A stretch of DNA of 64,000 bases from Camelus dromedarius (GCF_036321535.1 NC_087437.1:111230001-111294000); one strand, 5' to 3'. Positions 1 to 12,405 are shown, counted from the stretch's first letter. The notes: generated by a model from the sequence alone, not told the origin. Translations and numbers: made by a program.

Positions 1-479
1 GCTGCACTTGTTTACGAGGGATGAGCAGAGTCAGGGCGCGCACAGAACAAAAGCCTCCAGGAGCAGGGAGCGCTGGTCCACCTCCTCCTGCAATCGCCCG
101 CATCATTTCAATGGAAAGCAGAAAAGGTGTAAACGTACAAGCAGCGACAGCAAGCGCCCTGGTTCCTACGTTACCGCTGCTACTATTATTGTTGCGGCTG
201 CTCCTCCTCCAACATAGTGCTCCCGTCTGGTGTGAGCCCGGGCAGACGCCCCGCCACCTCTCCACCCTTTCTTCCATCCATCCTATTTTCCACCCATCCA
301 GGGTCCAGCGGGCCCTACTGTGTGCAAGGCCCTGGGCTGTACACCCACAGGGCACCTAACCGACAGTCCACCAGGTCCGAGAGCGCCTCCCTCCCTTCCT
401 CCTGCCCTGGTGGGTGCGGCCAGTGGTGGGGGATTTCATCGCGGAAAGGACCAGAAAGCACAAGCCCAGAATCCGGGCA

Positions 480-1950
480 AGAGGCGCAGCAGGAGGCGGC
501 CCGACTTGGGCGGCCCGGGAGCGCGCGTCTCAGCGGCCGCGCGGGGTCTCCCCGTCTGGCGCTCAGGTGGCTCCGCCGCCCACTCGCCGCTCCCCTCCCC
601 GGGCCCTCCCCTCTCCGGCGAGGGTCGAGTTTGGCTGTTGCGCTCGGAGAAGGAGGGGCTACGAGGGATTTGAAAGTGCACAGGCTGCGGAGTGGAGCTC
701 GCATCTGTTCCCGCCGCCCGCGACCGGATTAAATTTCTGCAAATTCAAACTGAATGGGGCTTTCTTCTGCTGCCTTCCAGAGGGCGCCTGCAGCCCGCCG
801 CGCGCTCCTCTCGGGCGGGAGCGGCCGCCTGGCGCGCAGCTAGGAGCCAGCGAGCCGGACCCGAGCCCGTGCGGGCCAGCCGGCGGCGGCGAGGGCGGAG
901 GCTGCGGAGGCGCCTGGGCTCGGGCACCAGGCACTCCGGCCCCGGGACCCGGCACCGGACCGCGCCCCCCGCCGCCCCTCCGGGACCAGCGCGCCCTCTG
1001 CACACCCGAGCAGGGCGACTGTCACTAGCCGCCCGGACGGGACCCGGAGTGGGGTCTCTAGGTCCCGAAAGGGGCCCGGGTGACCCTCCGAAGAACTTCT
1101 TGGGGGCGGGTCCCTGGGACCCCGTGGCCCAGGCGGCCGCTATTGTCTGCGCGCAGCGCTCGGCGGCGGCTCGGGGCGCGGGAGCCGCGGGCCGGGCGGG
1201 GCCGAGCCCGGGGCGGCGGCAGGAGGAGCCGGGGGAGCCGGGGAGCCAGACTAGGAGGAGTAGCCGCGAGCGCGGGAGGCGAGCCGGAGCGGCGCGGGCC
1301 GCGGGCTAGCGCGATGCCGGCGGCGGCGGGGGACGGGCTCCTGGGCGAGCCGGCGGCGCCGGGGGGCGGCTGCGGCTCTGAGGACGCGGCCAGGCCGGCG
1401 GCAGCCTGCGAGGGAAGTTTCCTGCCGGCCTGGGTGAGCGGCGTGCCCCGCGAGCGGCTCCGCGACTTCCAGCACCACAAGCGCGTGGGCAACTACCTCA
1501 TCGGCAGCAGGAAGCTGGGCGAGGGCTCCTTCGCCAAGGTGCGCGAGGGGCTGCACGTGCTGACCGGAGAGAAGGTGAGCCGCCCGGGGCGCCGGCCCCT
1601 GGCCCTCGGACTGGGCATTCGGGGCGGGAGGGGCAGCGGGACCCTCTGTGGAGAGAAACGCGCTGCGAGTCCGGCTGCGGAGCCCGGGCCGGGCGCCTGC
1701 CTCTCCGCTTGCCTTTGCTCGCGGGTTGAAAGAGCGGTCGAGCCAAACGCGCGCGCAGGCCCTCGCAGCCCTCCCCGAGGGGTGATCTGGGGTCGCTCTC
1801 CCCGGTGGGCGGCTGGTTTACCCGCGAAGCCGCCCGCAGCCTTTTTGCTCCTCGAAAGGCGCCGCCTGGCGGACAGCGGCGCGGGGGGTAGGGTAGGGGG
1901 ACGCCGCGCTCGGGGCCGGTAGGGGCTGTAGATCAGCGCGGAGGCGGGAA
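480..1950. promoter_or_regulatory. CpG island covering the HUNK promoter, 5'UTR, exon 1 and the start of intron 1
   Basis: Very GC-rich with dense CpG and several GGGCGG GC boxes. No ATG between about 760 and the start codon at 1314. Surrounds the first coding exon. Confidence 0.9.
1314..1574 (+). CDS. HUNK: HUNK coding exon 1 (aa 1-87, MPAAAGDGLLGEPAAP...GNYLIGSRKLGEGSFAKVREGLHVLTGEK)
   Basis: ATG at 1314 (gcgATGc). Kinase Gly-rich loop GEGSFAKV. 261 nt ending at donor AAG|GTGAGC (phase 0). Peptide matches the HUNK N-terminus as I recall it. Confidence 0.96.
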
Positions 1951-3933
1951 CCAGGGCTGGAGTGTGTGGGTCCTTCTGTTGAGGGTGGGAGAGCTGATTA
2001 GCCAGCCCTTGGGGGAACTTGTAGTCTGATCCCCATCCTAGGCTGTGGGGAGGAGGTGGGGGAAAGGCCGAGATCCCAGGGGCATTCCCCCCTGTGTACT
2101 GGGGCGGCAGGGGGAACTTTTTCGTGCTCAGAGTAGTTTTCACACGCTGCCTTTCCCTCCACCCACCCTCCCCACCCCTGCATCCCGCTATCACCGCCCA
2201 TCTTTCCACCCCCCCCCCCCCACCGCCGGGTCCTCACTCCGGTTGCTGGGGTGGGAGCTGCAGTCAGGACCCTGCTCTGGCAGGTACAGAAGCACACACT
2301 GATACCCCCAGACTGCAGAGGCTGGGAGACTCTTATCTTTCTAGAAGAGGGGAAAGCAGAGGAAGACCCCCAGAGTTGTGGAGGAGCACCCCCTCCAGGC
2401 TTGTGAGAAGTTGTTGGGTTGTGAGCCCTTGCCAGGCACGGCCCAGATAGACCTAAGTTATAACTTAGAAGACACTAAAAATATGATGACTTATGTTTAG
2501 GTGAGGATGCCCCAGCCTGGGAGTTACTCCAAGCTTGGAACTATTTCAGACTAGGGCTGCCCCAAGCTCATGGTCACCTCAGACTCAAGGCTCCCCATTT
2601 TGCCCCTCTGCCCCAGGCTGGGGCTTGCTTAGTACAGGTGAGGTAGTACGCCCTTTATGTGGCCCATTCACCAGGGACGCATCCGCAGTATGGGAGGGCC
2701 AAAGGAGCCCCTGGCTTCCTACCTGCCCTCCCACCCTCTGCCCTGGCATCTTCTGCCCAGCCTGGGAGTTCCTGGGAATGCTCTGCAGTGACCTCTGATT
2801 ACAGGGCTAGCAGCCTGCCCTCTGGTCCCCAGCCTCACCTATCTTTAGTTACCATCCTTGGTTCCCTACTGTGTCCTGGAGCCCCTTGCATTTGAGTGCA
2901 GATCTCATTTGTCCTCTGTTTTGCAGCTGCTCTGGGTGGGGTGCTCCTTTGTTTTGAGTAAGTGGGGTTAGAGTGAGTAGTTTTGGAAGTGCCTCTTGCT
3001 TGAATTTCCATGCAAAAGGCACGTGTTCAGAATTTACTTTCTGAACTGAGGATCCCTTCAAAGAAGAAGGAAAAAAAAAAAAATCCTCCAAGCCTCATTC
3101 TCGTCTGGAGGGAGCGCCGCGCACTTTCCTCCTGGGTTCTCAGTGGGCTGAGAACTTACACAACCGTCCGGGCTCCAGGATGCCCGGGGCCCAGCTCGCT
3201 GATTACACTGTGCTCAATTCTCCGTCCCTGTGTAAATTCCTCTTGGCACAGGTGGCAGGACTTCATTTTCATTCGAAATGTGTAGGATTCAGTCAGGTTG
3301 TGTATGCTTCCTCTTGAAACTTAACAAAAAGAGACCAGGCTTTATGTTGACAGTTTCCTGCGTGGTGTTGTGGCTCCAGTTCCTCCCCGGTGCATTTTTG
3401 CCCCATAATATCAGGCTGTTAGCCTTGGCGGAACTGCCCGAGGATGCTCTCAGAGCTCAGTCCCCAGCCGGGTGCTTGGGTTCCGGAACACTGTGCGGGG
3501 CCCATGGGCAGACTGGAATGCGGGAGACTCCTGCCCGAATAGGGTCCAGTGAGGAGCCCTCTGCACCCTGAGGTGCTCATGCCCATTTATCTCTTCTTCT
3601 TCCTTAAGTGGTGAATCTCACTTCATTTCTGCGTCAGGAGGAACTATAAATTGGATGTAAAATTATTTTGCTGGACTGACTGGATCTAGTGAAGGAGGAT
3701 GGTTCTGAGGATGGAGGAGGGGCTGGGAGATTTTTCTGACGTGGTCTACTTCAGCCAGGAGAATCGGTACTCCAGGGACTGTAAGAATCGTGAGAAATCT
3801 GGATTTTAGTTTACTTAATTGCCAGCTTTAAGGAAACATTGGGTGTCATTCATAGCCCTTATCTTCCAAATCCAACACCTTTAATGCTTAACTAATAGAT
3901 TTAGTTTTTGGCAGGTCATAGAGATTCAAGTGA

Positions 3934-3964
3934 TGTGTGTGTGTGTGTATGTGTGTGTGTGTGT
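3934..3964. repeat. (TG)n microsatellite
   Basis: Visible TG run with one interruption. Confidence 0.9.
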
Positions 3965-4585
3965 ACAACTCTGCCTGGGAAGGATTGCTGAGTTCATGAG
4001 TCCCCGCCCCCACTCATGTTCTGGATATTGTCTTACTAAGGCCAGGACAAAGGTGAAGTCAACCTCACACTATTTGCAGCCTTCAGGTCTCATTAAAAGG
4101 TGAGCTATTAAGAGGGTTTTTGCCCAGAGAAAGGAGTAATCCTGTGAGCCAAACAAGGGGAGACCTTGAGATGACAGGACCCGAGGCAGGGTAACAGGTG
4201 TCCCCAGAGGGTGATGTTAATGTCCAAGGAAGGCCTCTCACCTCAATACTTCCCTCCTTGGCGGAGGGTGTACTTTCTGGAGAAAGCACTTCACTTTTTT
4301 TCCTTTCCTTTTCGAAAGGCCACAGACCACTGCAAGAGGGGAATTAAGTCATTAACACTGTAGTAAGAAATAGATGTAGCCCCTTATGCCACCCCCTGGG
4401 TGGAAGGATCCAAGGAAGTTGTTGTGAGGAATCAGTTCATTAAAAATCTGAAAGGGGGGATGGAAAAAGGGAGGAAGAGGAGATGCCCCACATTTGGTCT
4501 GCTTCACAGTTGAAGTCTCAAACTGTATACATTGTTTTGGGTGATTTATGCCACAATTGAGAGTATTGCTGGTTTGGGGGAACTT

Positions 4586-4587
<2 letters not shown>

Positions 4588-4625
<38 letters not shown>
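4588..4625. repeat. compound (GT)n(GA)n microsatellite
   Basis: Visible in the sequence. Confidence 0.9.
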
Positions 4626-5459
4626 TTGCTTTTTGACTTGGCACATATTCCCAAAACGTTTTGGGTTTCTCCCATGGTTCGCGGGGAATTACTGAGTCCA
4701 ACTGACAGAAGGAGCCCCCTGACGTTCATTTCAGGCTTCAATCCTGTCTTATTACGAGGCTCCTTTCCCCACCACTCCTGCAGGACAGTATTTTTTTTTT
4801 TTTTTGCCTGCCTCTTACTGAAGTTGTTTGAAAGTCATTTGAATCAGGACTGCCCTTTTACTGCCTGAAAATAAAGGCTGGCTTTGGGCAAGACCAAATT
4901 TTGTCCTCCTTTAGCTTTGAGTTGGTGCGACCTCCGTTAATGTGGCTTTAAAAGTAAATAATTCACTCGATCATGTGAAACTCTTAATCGGCGCATTCTC
5001 AGTCTGTCTTGGACTAGTTGATGATTAGACGAGGAAAAACGATCACAAAATCAGACTTTGAAAAGTATTCTCGGTAGCTTTGAGACAAAGAGCAAAGTTG
5101 CTGAGCAGGAGAATCAAGTGACAACTTTAAAAGACCCAGAGAGAGGTGTGCTTGCGACCTCTGATGCTGGTCCTCAAAACCTGGAAAGCGCATAATCGCT
5201 GGCACTTCACAGGTTGTTACTGCATTTAAAAAACGATAAGGTGTAGCTGCAGAGGCTTACAGAGAAAAGCACAGGTGTATCTCAGGTGTCGAGCTGGTTT
5301 CACAGGCAGGCAAAGCTGCAAAAACGGGCAGAGAGTTGATGCCACAATTACCTTTTTTGTGATTGTCTCCCTAAGAGACAGAGTTGGGTACATAAAATGA
5401 TTGGTTAAGATGTTTCAATATCTTGTTCTAACCATTGGTTTAAAAAAAAAAACCCCTGA

Positions 5460-5548
5460 GGGGAGGGTATAGCTCCGTGGTAGAGCATGTATTCAGCACG
5501 CATGAGGTCCTGGGTTCAATCCCCAGGACTTCCATTAAAAAAAAAAAA
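5460..5548 (+). mobile_element. tRNA-derived SINE, Vic-1 (camelid) type, short form
   Basis: GGGGAGGGTATAGCTCCGTGGTAGAG head (A box), GGTTCAATCCC B box, poly-A tail. A-rich ...CCTG flanks resemble a TSD. Confidence 0.85.
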
Positions 5549-6837
5549 GCCTGTTTATCACTTTCATTGGAGCTATTTTGGGGCTTAAAAAAAGGATTGC
5601 CTGCTTAATAAGTTGCCAATAATTATACTTCGGGCCCTACAGTGCCAGATACCTGGAGTGAAGGAGTTACTAAAAATACAATTCACTATGTTTTTCAGAG
5701 CAGGAAATATGACTAATTTTAGAGATCGCCTTTTGGCAGATTGTTTTTAACGAGTATTTCTGAAACAAACAGGTGCTAAATCCTGTTTTTTGTTTTTTGT
5801 TTTTTTTTTTTGTAAGAGCTAGAAATTTAGGGGTAATAGCTCTGAGGAATAAGAAATACTTAAGAGAACTGGAAATTCCTATTAATCCTCAGCAGGGATT
5901 TCTTGGCAAGCAAGAGGCGTTTGGCAGAAGCACCTGCTCAGCATGTCATGTGTGACAAGGCAGTGCCTATAATTTCCGAGATTGCAGTTTGCAGGCATAA
6001 GCTTTTTGAACTTCCTGCCCGGCCTCATCTTTTTGAAGTCCTTGCGAACGGTGGAAATTGGCACTTAGGGCTGGCTTCTCAGTGTTCACTGATACACAGG
6101 TCCCATGGACTTCAAAGGGCGCTTGGAGTCGGCACAACAGTGCTGAGCGGTGCCCACGAAGAGGAGTGCAACCCTCAATTTTCTCTGCAGGTGTGGAGTC
6201 ACCGGCACAGGCTGGGCTCAACTGCATCATGTCGTACAACGCCGGCTGCGTGGCAGTCGTCCATCCCAGGGCTTATCGTCCCAGAAGGTGTGGGGGGCGG
6301 CAGCGGTGTCTGCCTGGGGGGAGGGCCAGGCGGGGTGTGCTCTGTGGGAAGGCGGTTTGGGCACGAAGTATCATTTACCTGGGGATGGACACCTCGTCTT
6401 AATTATTCGTGATAACCGAGTGACCTGCTTGCTCCCCTGGCTAATTGAAACCCACAGATAATCCCCGAGCCTTATTTTTAGCAAACTGGTGAAACCTTTT
6501 CCTCCGCTCAGCCTGGGCTCTGGACACTTTCAAGTGCTGACCTGAATTGAATTTCACCCTCTCTAACGTAGATGCTCTTGCTTGCTAGGATGACCAGAGC
6601 AGGAGAGGGGTGAATGGCACCCGAGGAGACAGGTGGAGAGAGCTGTTGCCTCTCCTTTCTCCTACACACCAGCTCAGTGGTATAGTGCTTTGTGGTGTAT
6701 TCAGGGTCTTCCATGCATTTTCTCATTAGATGCTAGAAGTGACCCTGGGTGTGTGAGAACCAACTTGCCGGTGTCCTTATCCCTGTTGAGCATGTGGAGG
6801 TATGCCCTGGCTAGATTCTTCCTCAACCCTTCTCTTC

Positions 6838-7287
6838 TCTGTGGCTCGGGCTGCCCTAACAAATGACCTCAAACTGGGTGACTTAACACAACAGAAATGT
6901 CTTCTCTTCTACTTCTAGAAGCCTGAAGACCAAAATCAAAGTGTTGGTAGAGCCTCTGAAGGCTCAACTGGAGGGTGCTTCCATGTCTCTTCCAGCTTCT
7001 GGTGCCTGCAATCCTTGGCGTCCCCTGGCATGTAGCTACCGCACCCTCATCTCTGCCTCTGCCTTCACGTGGCCTTCTTTTCTCTAGGTGTCTTCCTGGG
7101 CGCCACATCTCCCTTTCCTTATGAGGACATCAGTCGTTGGATTTAGGGTCACCCCTAAACTAGTAGGAACGCCCTTTAACTTGATGACATCTGCAAAGAC
7201 CCCATTTCCAATCAGGCCACATTCACAGGTGCCAGGGGTTGGGACTTGAACACTTGGTTTGGTGGGATGCAGTTCAACCCACAACAC
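6838..7287 (-). mobile_element. MaLR solo LTR, MLT1(C)-like
   Basis: Typical MLT1 motifs on the reverse strand: ggctgccctaacaaa...acaacagaaat, tctgcaaagaccccatttcc, ending ...cccacaaca. Confidence 0.75.
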
Positions 7288-7299
7288 CTTCTTAGCTAC

Positions 7300-7790
7300 G
7301 AAGCTTGCGTTGCAGGTGATTTCCTGGGAAGTGGACCTTGAGAAGGAGAGGGATTTGGTCTTAGGGCTTATACGCAGGACCAGCACCTGGGAAGGGAAGG
7401 GAGGGGAGGGGAAGAGAGGGAGGGCAGCAAGGCAGCATTAGGCAGAGGAAGAAGTTGGGTCCTGATGCCATCCCAGCCGAAGCCCCCACCCTTGCCATGG
7501 TGAGCTCGGGAGCTGAGATGTCCAAGCTGGGGCTCTATATCTTTATATTGGCTGAGGTGTCCACATTGGGGCGAGGGGACCAGGCCTTTATACTTTTGGA
7601 CCCATCATTAGATGGGGGCTGCCCTGGGAGGGGGCATGGCTTTGAACACTTGCTGAGGACAGTTCCTCTGGTGAGCTCACAGCAGACAGCCAGCAGCAGC
7701 AGTAGCTGGGGAGGAAGTTCTTAACCCAGAAAAGTGAGCAGTGAGGCCGGATGTCCACGGCTTGCTGGGGGAGACAGGGCCAGAGCACAA
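7300..7790 (-). mobile_element. old ERVL LTR, LTR33-like
   Basis: gcagcattaggcagaggaagaagttgggtcctgatgc...gagctcgggagctgagatg resembles the LTR33 consensus as I recall it. Confidence 0.5.
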
Positions 7791-8349
7791 GGTCTCAATC
7801 TGAGTTCAAGCCGGTTCCATAAACAAAGTGGGCAGCTTCCCCAGCCCACTTTGCCGACCAAGTTGTGGTGCCTCCACCTGAAATGAGGGAATAGCCGACA
7901 GAGTCTATGTTCTAAACGCTCTGAGTATCCTGGGACTATTCTGGCCTCACGTTTCTTTGCAGTGAGGATCCTCAGGGCTCTCTGGTCTGTGGGTACTTTT
8001 AGGGCACTTTCATATGTTCTCTGTGTTTTCTCTTGAGGAATTTATGTCAACAGAGTTTGGCGAACTTGTTGACCAGTGTGTCTGTCTAATCATGAGACAG
8101 TGGGAGAGACCTTCCCTCCCCCATCACTCTGGAATTGTGGGAAGTTGGATTACTGTCAAATAGAGTCACGGTCCCAGACATTGGGATGACAGAAAGATTG
8201 CTGGAGGGGCTGGGGAGCCATCTCTTAGCATCCTCTTAACCACTTTCTCCTTCATAGCACCGGCACTGCTCTACCAAGCTTTGCAATTTCTAATTACTAG
8301 GTTCTTTTTGGTTGTTAATCACTCACGTGTGCGTGTTTTAAGATTCATA

Positions 8350-9285
8350 TGGTTACATTTTGGAATAGGTAATGCAGACACATGGTCTACAATGGAAAAG
8401 TTTCAAGAGGGGGAAGCAGTGAGAGGTAATTCTGCCTTCATCTGTGGGCCTCAGTGATGAGTTCCTCTCCCCAGAGGCAGCCCGACTTCTAGCCTCCTGT
8501 GTGGCCCTCCAGACATACTCCATCTGCATATAAGTGTACATACATCTGATACTCTATGTGCATACATTTGTAAATGTAGAGAGAAAGATGTATTTTTACA
8601 CTGTACATGCTGTTCGGTATCTTGCTTTTTTAGCAACTTAGCAATATGTCTTGAACATCTTTTCCCTAAATTACTACAGAATTGCCTTATTCTTTTTAAT
8701 TCTTGCATAGTATTCATTGTATGGTGGTACCGTGTTTACTTTTCCATTCCCTGCTGATTCAGTCCATAGATGTTATTTAAAAAATTGAGCACAATTGAAA
8801 AATGGGCATTTAGGTTGTATACAATTTTTTTTTTACTCCCAAATTGTGCTGCAGTAAATTTTATCTGTGCCTATGTGTCATCTTGTAAATGTTTCAAGTA
8901 TACCTAAGGAATAAATTCCTAGTCTTAGGTGAGAGGGTATGATTATGTTAACTGTTGATGAATATTGCCTGCCATAGAGGTTGTCCCAGTTTATACTTCC
9001 ATTAACCTGGTATGGCAGTATCTTTCCACATCTTTGTCAATATAAGGCAGTCTCAAACTTTTTGATCTTTGCCAATCTAGTAAACATGGTATCTTGTTTT
9101 ATGTGGATTTCTCGTATTTTTGAGTTGAGCATATTTTCATATGTCCAACAACAATTTTCATTTCTGCTAATTTTTTCATGTCCATTCACTATCTTCCCTT
9201 GGGTTTTTGGTCCTTTTCTTATTGATTTATAGGCCCTTTTTATATATTAAGGCAGTTAGTCCTCTTTCAGTGATATATTTTGAAG
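8350..9285 (-). mobile_element. old L1 (L1ME-like) 3' fragment
   Basis: Antisense L1M motifs: tccccagaggca, gcatagtattcattgtatgg, tttgccaatct, ttcttattgattt. Confidence 0.65.
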
Positions 9286-9317
9286 CCTCCTCCATCTTGC
9301 CTGCTCCCTGTTTATTC

Positions 9318-9960
9318 TTTTTTTTTAAATTGAAGTATAGTTGTATAGTATAACATAACATTGTAGTTTCTGGTGTACAGCATAGTGATTCAGTTGTACA
9401 TATATAGATATTCTTTTTTACATTCTTTTTTGTTATAGGATATTATAAGATATTGAATATGGTTCCCTCTGCTATACAGTAGGACCTGTTGTTTTTCTAC
9501 TGTATATATAGTAGTTACCATCTGCAAATCCTGAACTCTCAAATTACCCCTTCTCCCTCCCCTTTCCCCCTTGGTAACTTTTCCCCTTTGGTAGCCATAA
9601 GTTTGTTTTCTGTGTCTGTGAGTCTGTTTAGTAGATAAGTTCATTTGTATCATATTTTAGATTCCACATATAAGTGATACCATATGGTAAGTTTTTTTTC
9701 CTCTTTCTGACTTACTCTACTTAGTATGACAATCTCCAGGTCCATCCATGTTGCTGCAGATGGCATTATTTCATTCTTTTTTTTTTTATGGCTGAGTAGT
9801 GTTCCATTGTGTATATATACCACATCTTCTTTACCCAGGCAGTGGATATTTAGGTTGCTTCCATATCTTGGCCATAGTAAATAGTGCTGCTGTGAACATT
9901 GGGGTGCATGTTTCTTTTCAAATTAGTTTCCTCCAGACACATGCCCAGGAGTGGGGTTGC
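9318..9960 (-). mobile_element. L1 3' end (artiodactyl/camelid type), 5'-truncated
   Basis: T-tail then attgaagtatagttg...ggtgtacagcatagtgattcag...gtccatccatgttgctgca...cccaggagtggg. Closely similar to the copy at 60886-61566. Confidence 0.85.
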
Positions 9961-9970
9961 TCTCACCGGC

Positions 9971-10725
9971 TGTATAGTTTGCTAGTGCTGCTGTAACAGA
10001 GTATCACGCGCTGGGTGGCTTAAACAGTAGAGATTTATTGTCACACGGTTCTGGAGGTCAGAGTTCAAAATCAAGTTGTTGGCAGGGTTGGCTCCCTCTG
10101 ACGGCTGTGAAGGAAGGATCTGCTGCTCTCCTTGGTTTGTGGATGGCTGTCTTCTCTCTGTCTTTTCACACAGTTTCCCTCTGTGCATGTCTCTCTCTGT
10201 GTCTGCATGTCCCCTTTTTATGAGGACGCCAGTCATACTGGATTAGAGCCCGCCCTAGTGTCCCCTCTTTAATTGATTACCTCTGTCAAGATCATTGTTG
10301 CCAAATAAGGTCCCATTCTGAGGCACTGCAGTTAGAACCTACTATAGTCTGAGTTTTGTGTCCCCTCAAAGTTCATAAGTTAAAACCGAATCCCCAGTAT
10401 GATGGTATTAGGAGGTGGGGCCTCTGGGAGGTCATTACATGATGGAGTTTGTGGTCTTAAAAAGAGACCCCAAAAGGCTCTTCCCCTTCTGCCATGTGAG
10501 GACGCAGCAAGAAGATGGCTGTGTGTGGACCAGGAAGAGAACCCTCCCCAGACACCAAATCCACCTTGACCTTGGACTTCCTCGCCTCCAACTCTGTGAG
10601 AAATAAATTTCTGTTATTTACAAGCTACCTAGCCCATGGTATTTCTTTTTATAGCAGCCTGAACAGACCAAGATAGGTCTTAAACATACGAATTTGGTGG
10701 GGGGGTACTCAGTTCAGCTCAAAAT
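9971..10725 (-). mobile_element. MLT1 solo LTR interrupted by a second MLT1 LTR at 10340-10675
   Basis: MLT1 motifs at 9971-10339 resume at 10676 (cttaaacatacgaatttggtgggg...cagttcagctcaaaa). Confidence 0.7.
10340..10675 (+). mobile_element. MLT1A-like solo LTR nested in an older MLT1
   Basis: Starts tactatagtctgagttttgtgtcccc and ends atagcagcctgaacagaccaagata. Internal gagaaataaatttctgtt poly-A motif. Confidence 0.75.
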
Positions 10726-12346
10726 CTCACCTGATCCCACGGTATATATTTATTTGTTCAGGTGTTTATTTGTCTCCCCACAAGACTGGAAGCCCCATGA
10801 GGAAGGGGTCTGTGCTCCGTCCTCGGTGGCTAGAATAGTACCTGGTACAGAGGTACAGGAGGTGCTCTGTAAGTAAACATGTTTTGAATGGATGAAAGAA
10901 TGCTCTGCTCTCCCCAGGACATGAGGTCAGCCTTCTGGACGACAGTGTCCCCATTTGGCCAGGGATGGGTCTGAAAGCCCTGTCTCTCTCACCTCTTGCA
11001 GCCCCTCGGTGTGCGTGTGTGAGCGATGAGTAGATGGGACAGGCTGTCTAACTGGCGCTCTTTGGGAAGTATCCCAGCCCCGGAACAGCCGTGTCTCCTG
11101 CAGGGACTTGTTACGGGACTCGGTATCAGAGTGACCAGGCAAGGCAGAGGAATATTCTGCAATGTCATGGGGCTGTTAACGGACCCTCAGTTCTTTCCTG
11201 AGAAAATGTTCCAACAGTGCAGCAGATGGGCGAAGTTGCTATTTGCAAACATACATTTTTTTTGGATGTTTCCCATGGAGATATATGAAGTTTTGGATTC
11301 TGTCTCTTTGACTGCAGTTTTTTTTTTTTTTAAATAAGTTTATCAGTCTCTTGGCCAAATTGCTGCCAAAACATTTAGCAAACCTGCTTACTTCTCTTGC
11401 CCGTTCTCTGAGCCATTTGCTCTGTTCTCATCCCTTTCCTTGCATTACTCCTGTCACTTTAATCTCCTGTGAGTTCTTGTCTTACATCCTGCCCCATGGC
11501 TTTTTGGGAAGGTGTCTGGCCATCTTTCTGACTCTGTTGAGACAGTCTTGTTCCACGAATTTCCTCTCCTGGTCATGACTTGCTCTTTGTCAGCTCTGTG
11601 AATAGCACCCGGGAGGGTGGACAGCGGTGATGGATGTACACACTGCATGTGGTGCTGAGGGACAGACTGTTTAGGATGATGGGATGAAGTTCAGGTTCTG
11701 GAGCAGAGCAGGGCTTTTGTGACCTTCTGAGTCACCAAAACCTACAGGAAAGGACTGAGTGCTTCCTCTTGGCTTTGACCATGAGGATGTAATACTGATA
11801 ACGATGGTAATAATTAACATTTATGGATTGCATACCATCCGCTAGGCTATGTCTGAAAACCCTGTCCCTCTCTGCTGCATAATAAAATTTATTCCTTACA
11901 ATGACCTTTTGTAGTAGGTACCATTGTCCCGATTTTGCAAGTTAGGTTGACCAGCCATCTTAAGGTGCCCGAGAGTCTGGAAAGTCCCGAATTTTGGGAA
12001 ACTCCTCAGGTAACAGCAAAACCAGATGAACCCAAGGGAGTGTTTCATCCATGTTTGGAATCTTACTAAAGGTTTTCAGATACAAGTATTAAAAAGCAAT
12101 TCATCAGATTGTGAATCAGGGATGAATGAACCAAAGCCCAAAGCCCAAAGCCCTGGGCATAACTGGGATGCTTGCTGTGGGTGATGACCTCCATGGATGG
12201 TCCCGGGTAGTGAGGGGGGCCTTTTCCCACCCCTTGGCTCCAATGTGCTAGGTTCACAGTGCACTCCAAGTCTCCAAGCGTGGGCAGAGGTACTGGGCTG
12301 TCATCTTTTCCAAGTTCATTATGAGATGAAGAGCTTGAGCCTGGGG

Positions 12347-12357
12347 TGTATGTATGT

Positions 12358-12405
<48 letters not shown>
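12347..12405. repeat. (TG)n microsatellite
   Basis: Visible in the sequence. Confidence 0.9.

Noticed and set aside
1080..1922. 280-aa ORF taken as a complete protein
   Set aside because: It starts at a GTG in the 5'UTR and reads through the exon 1 donor into the intron. The real coding part is 1314-1574.
217..2302. Many long overlapping ORFs on both strands (e.g. 414-1028, 692-1309, 1493-2209)
   Set aside because: Expected from stop-codon scarcity in a CpG island. The translations are low-complexity Pro/Gly/Arg/Ala. Only 1314-1574 is kinase-like and splice-bounded.
5460..5548. tRNA gene call for this and the four similar elements
   Set aside because: They have A and B boxes but also A-tails, TSDs, divergence between copies and no intact acceptor stem. 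They are tRNA-derived SINEs.
5903..6412. 169-aa ORF
   Set aside because: Non-ATG start, no recognisable domain and no convincing exon structure.
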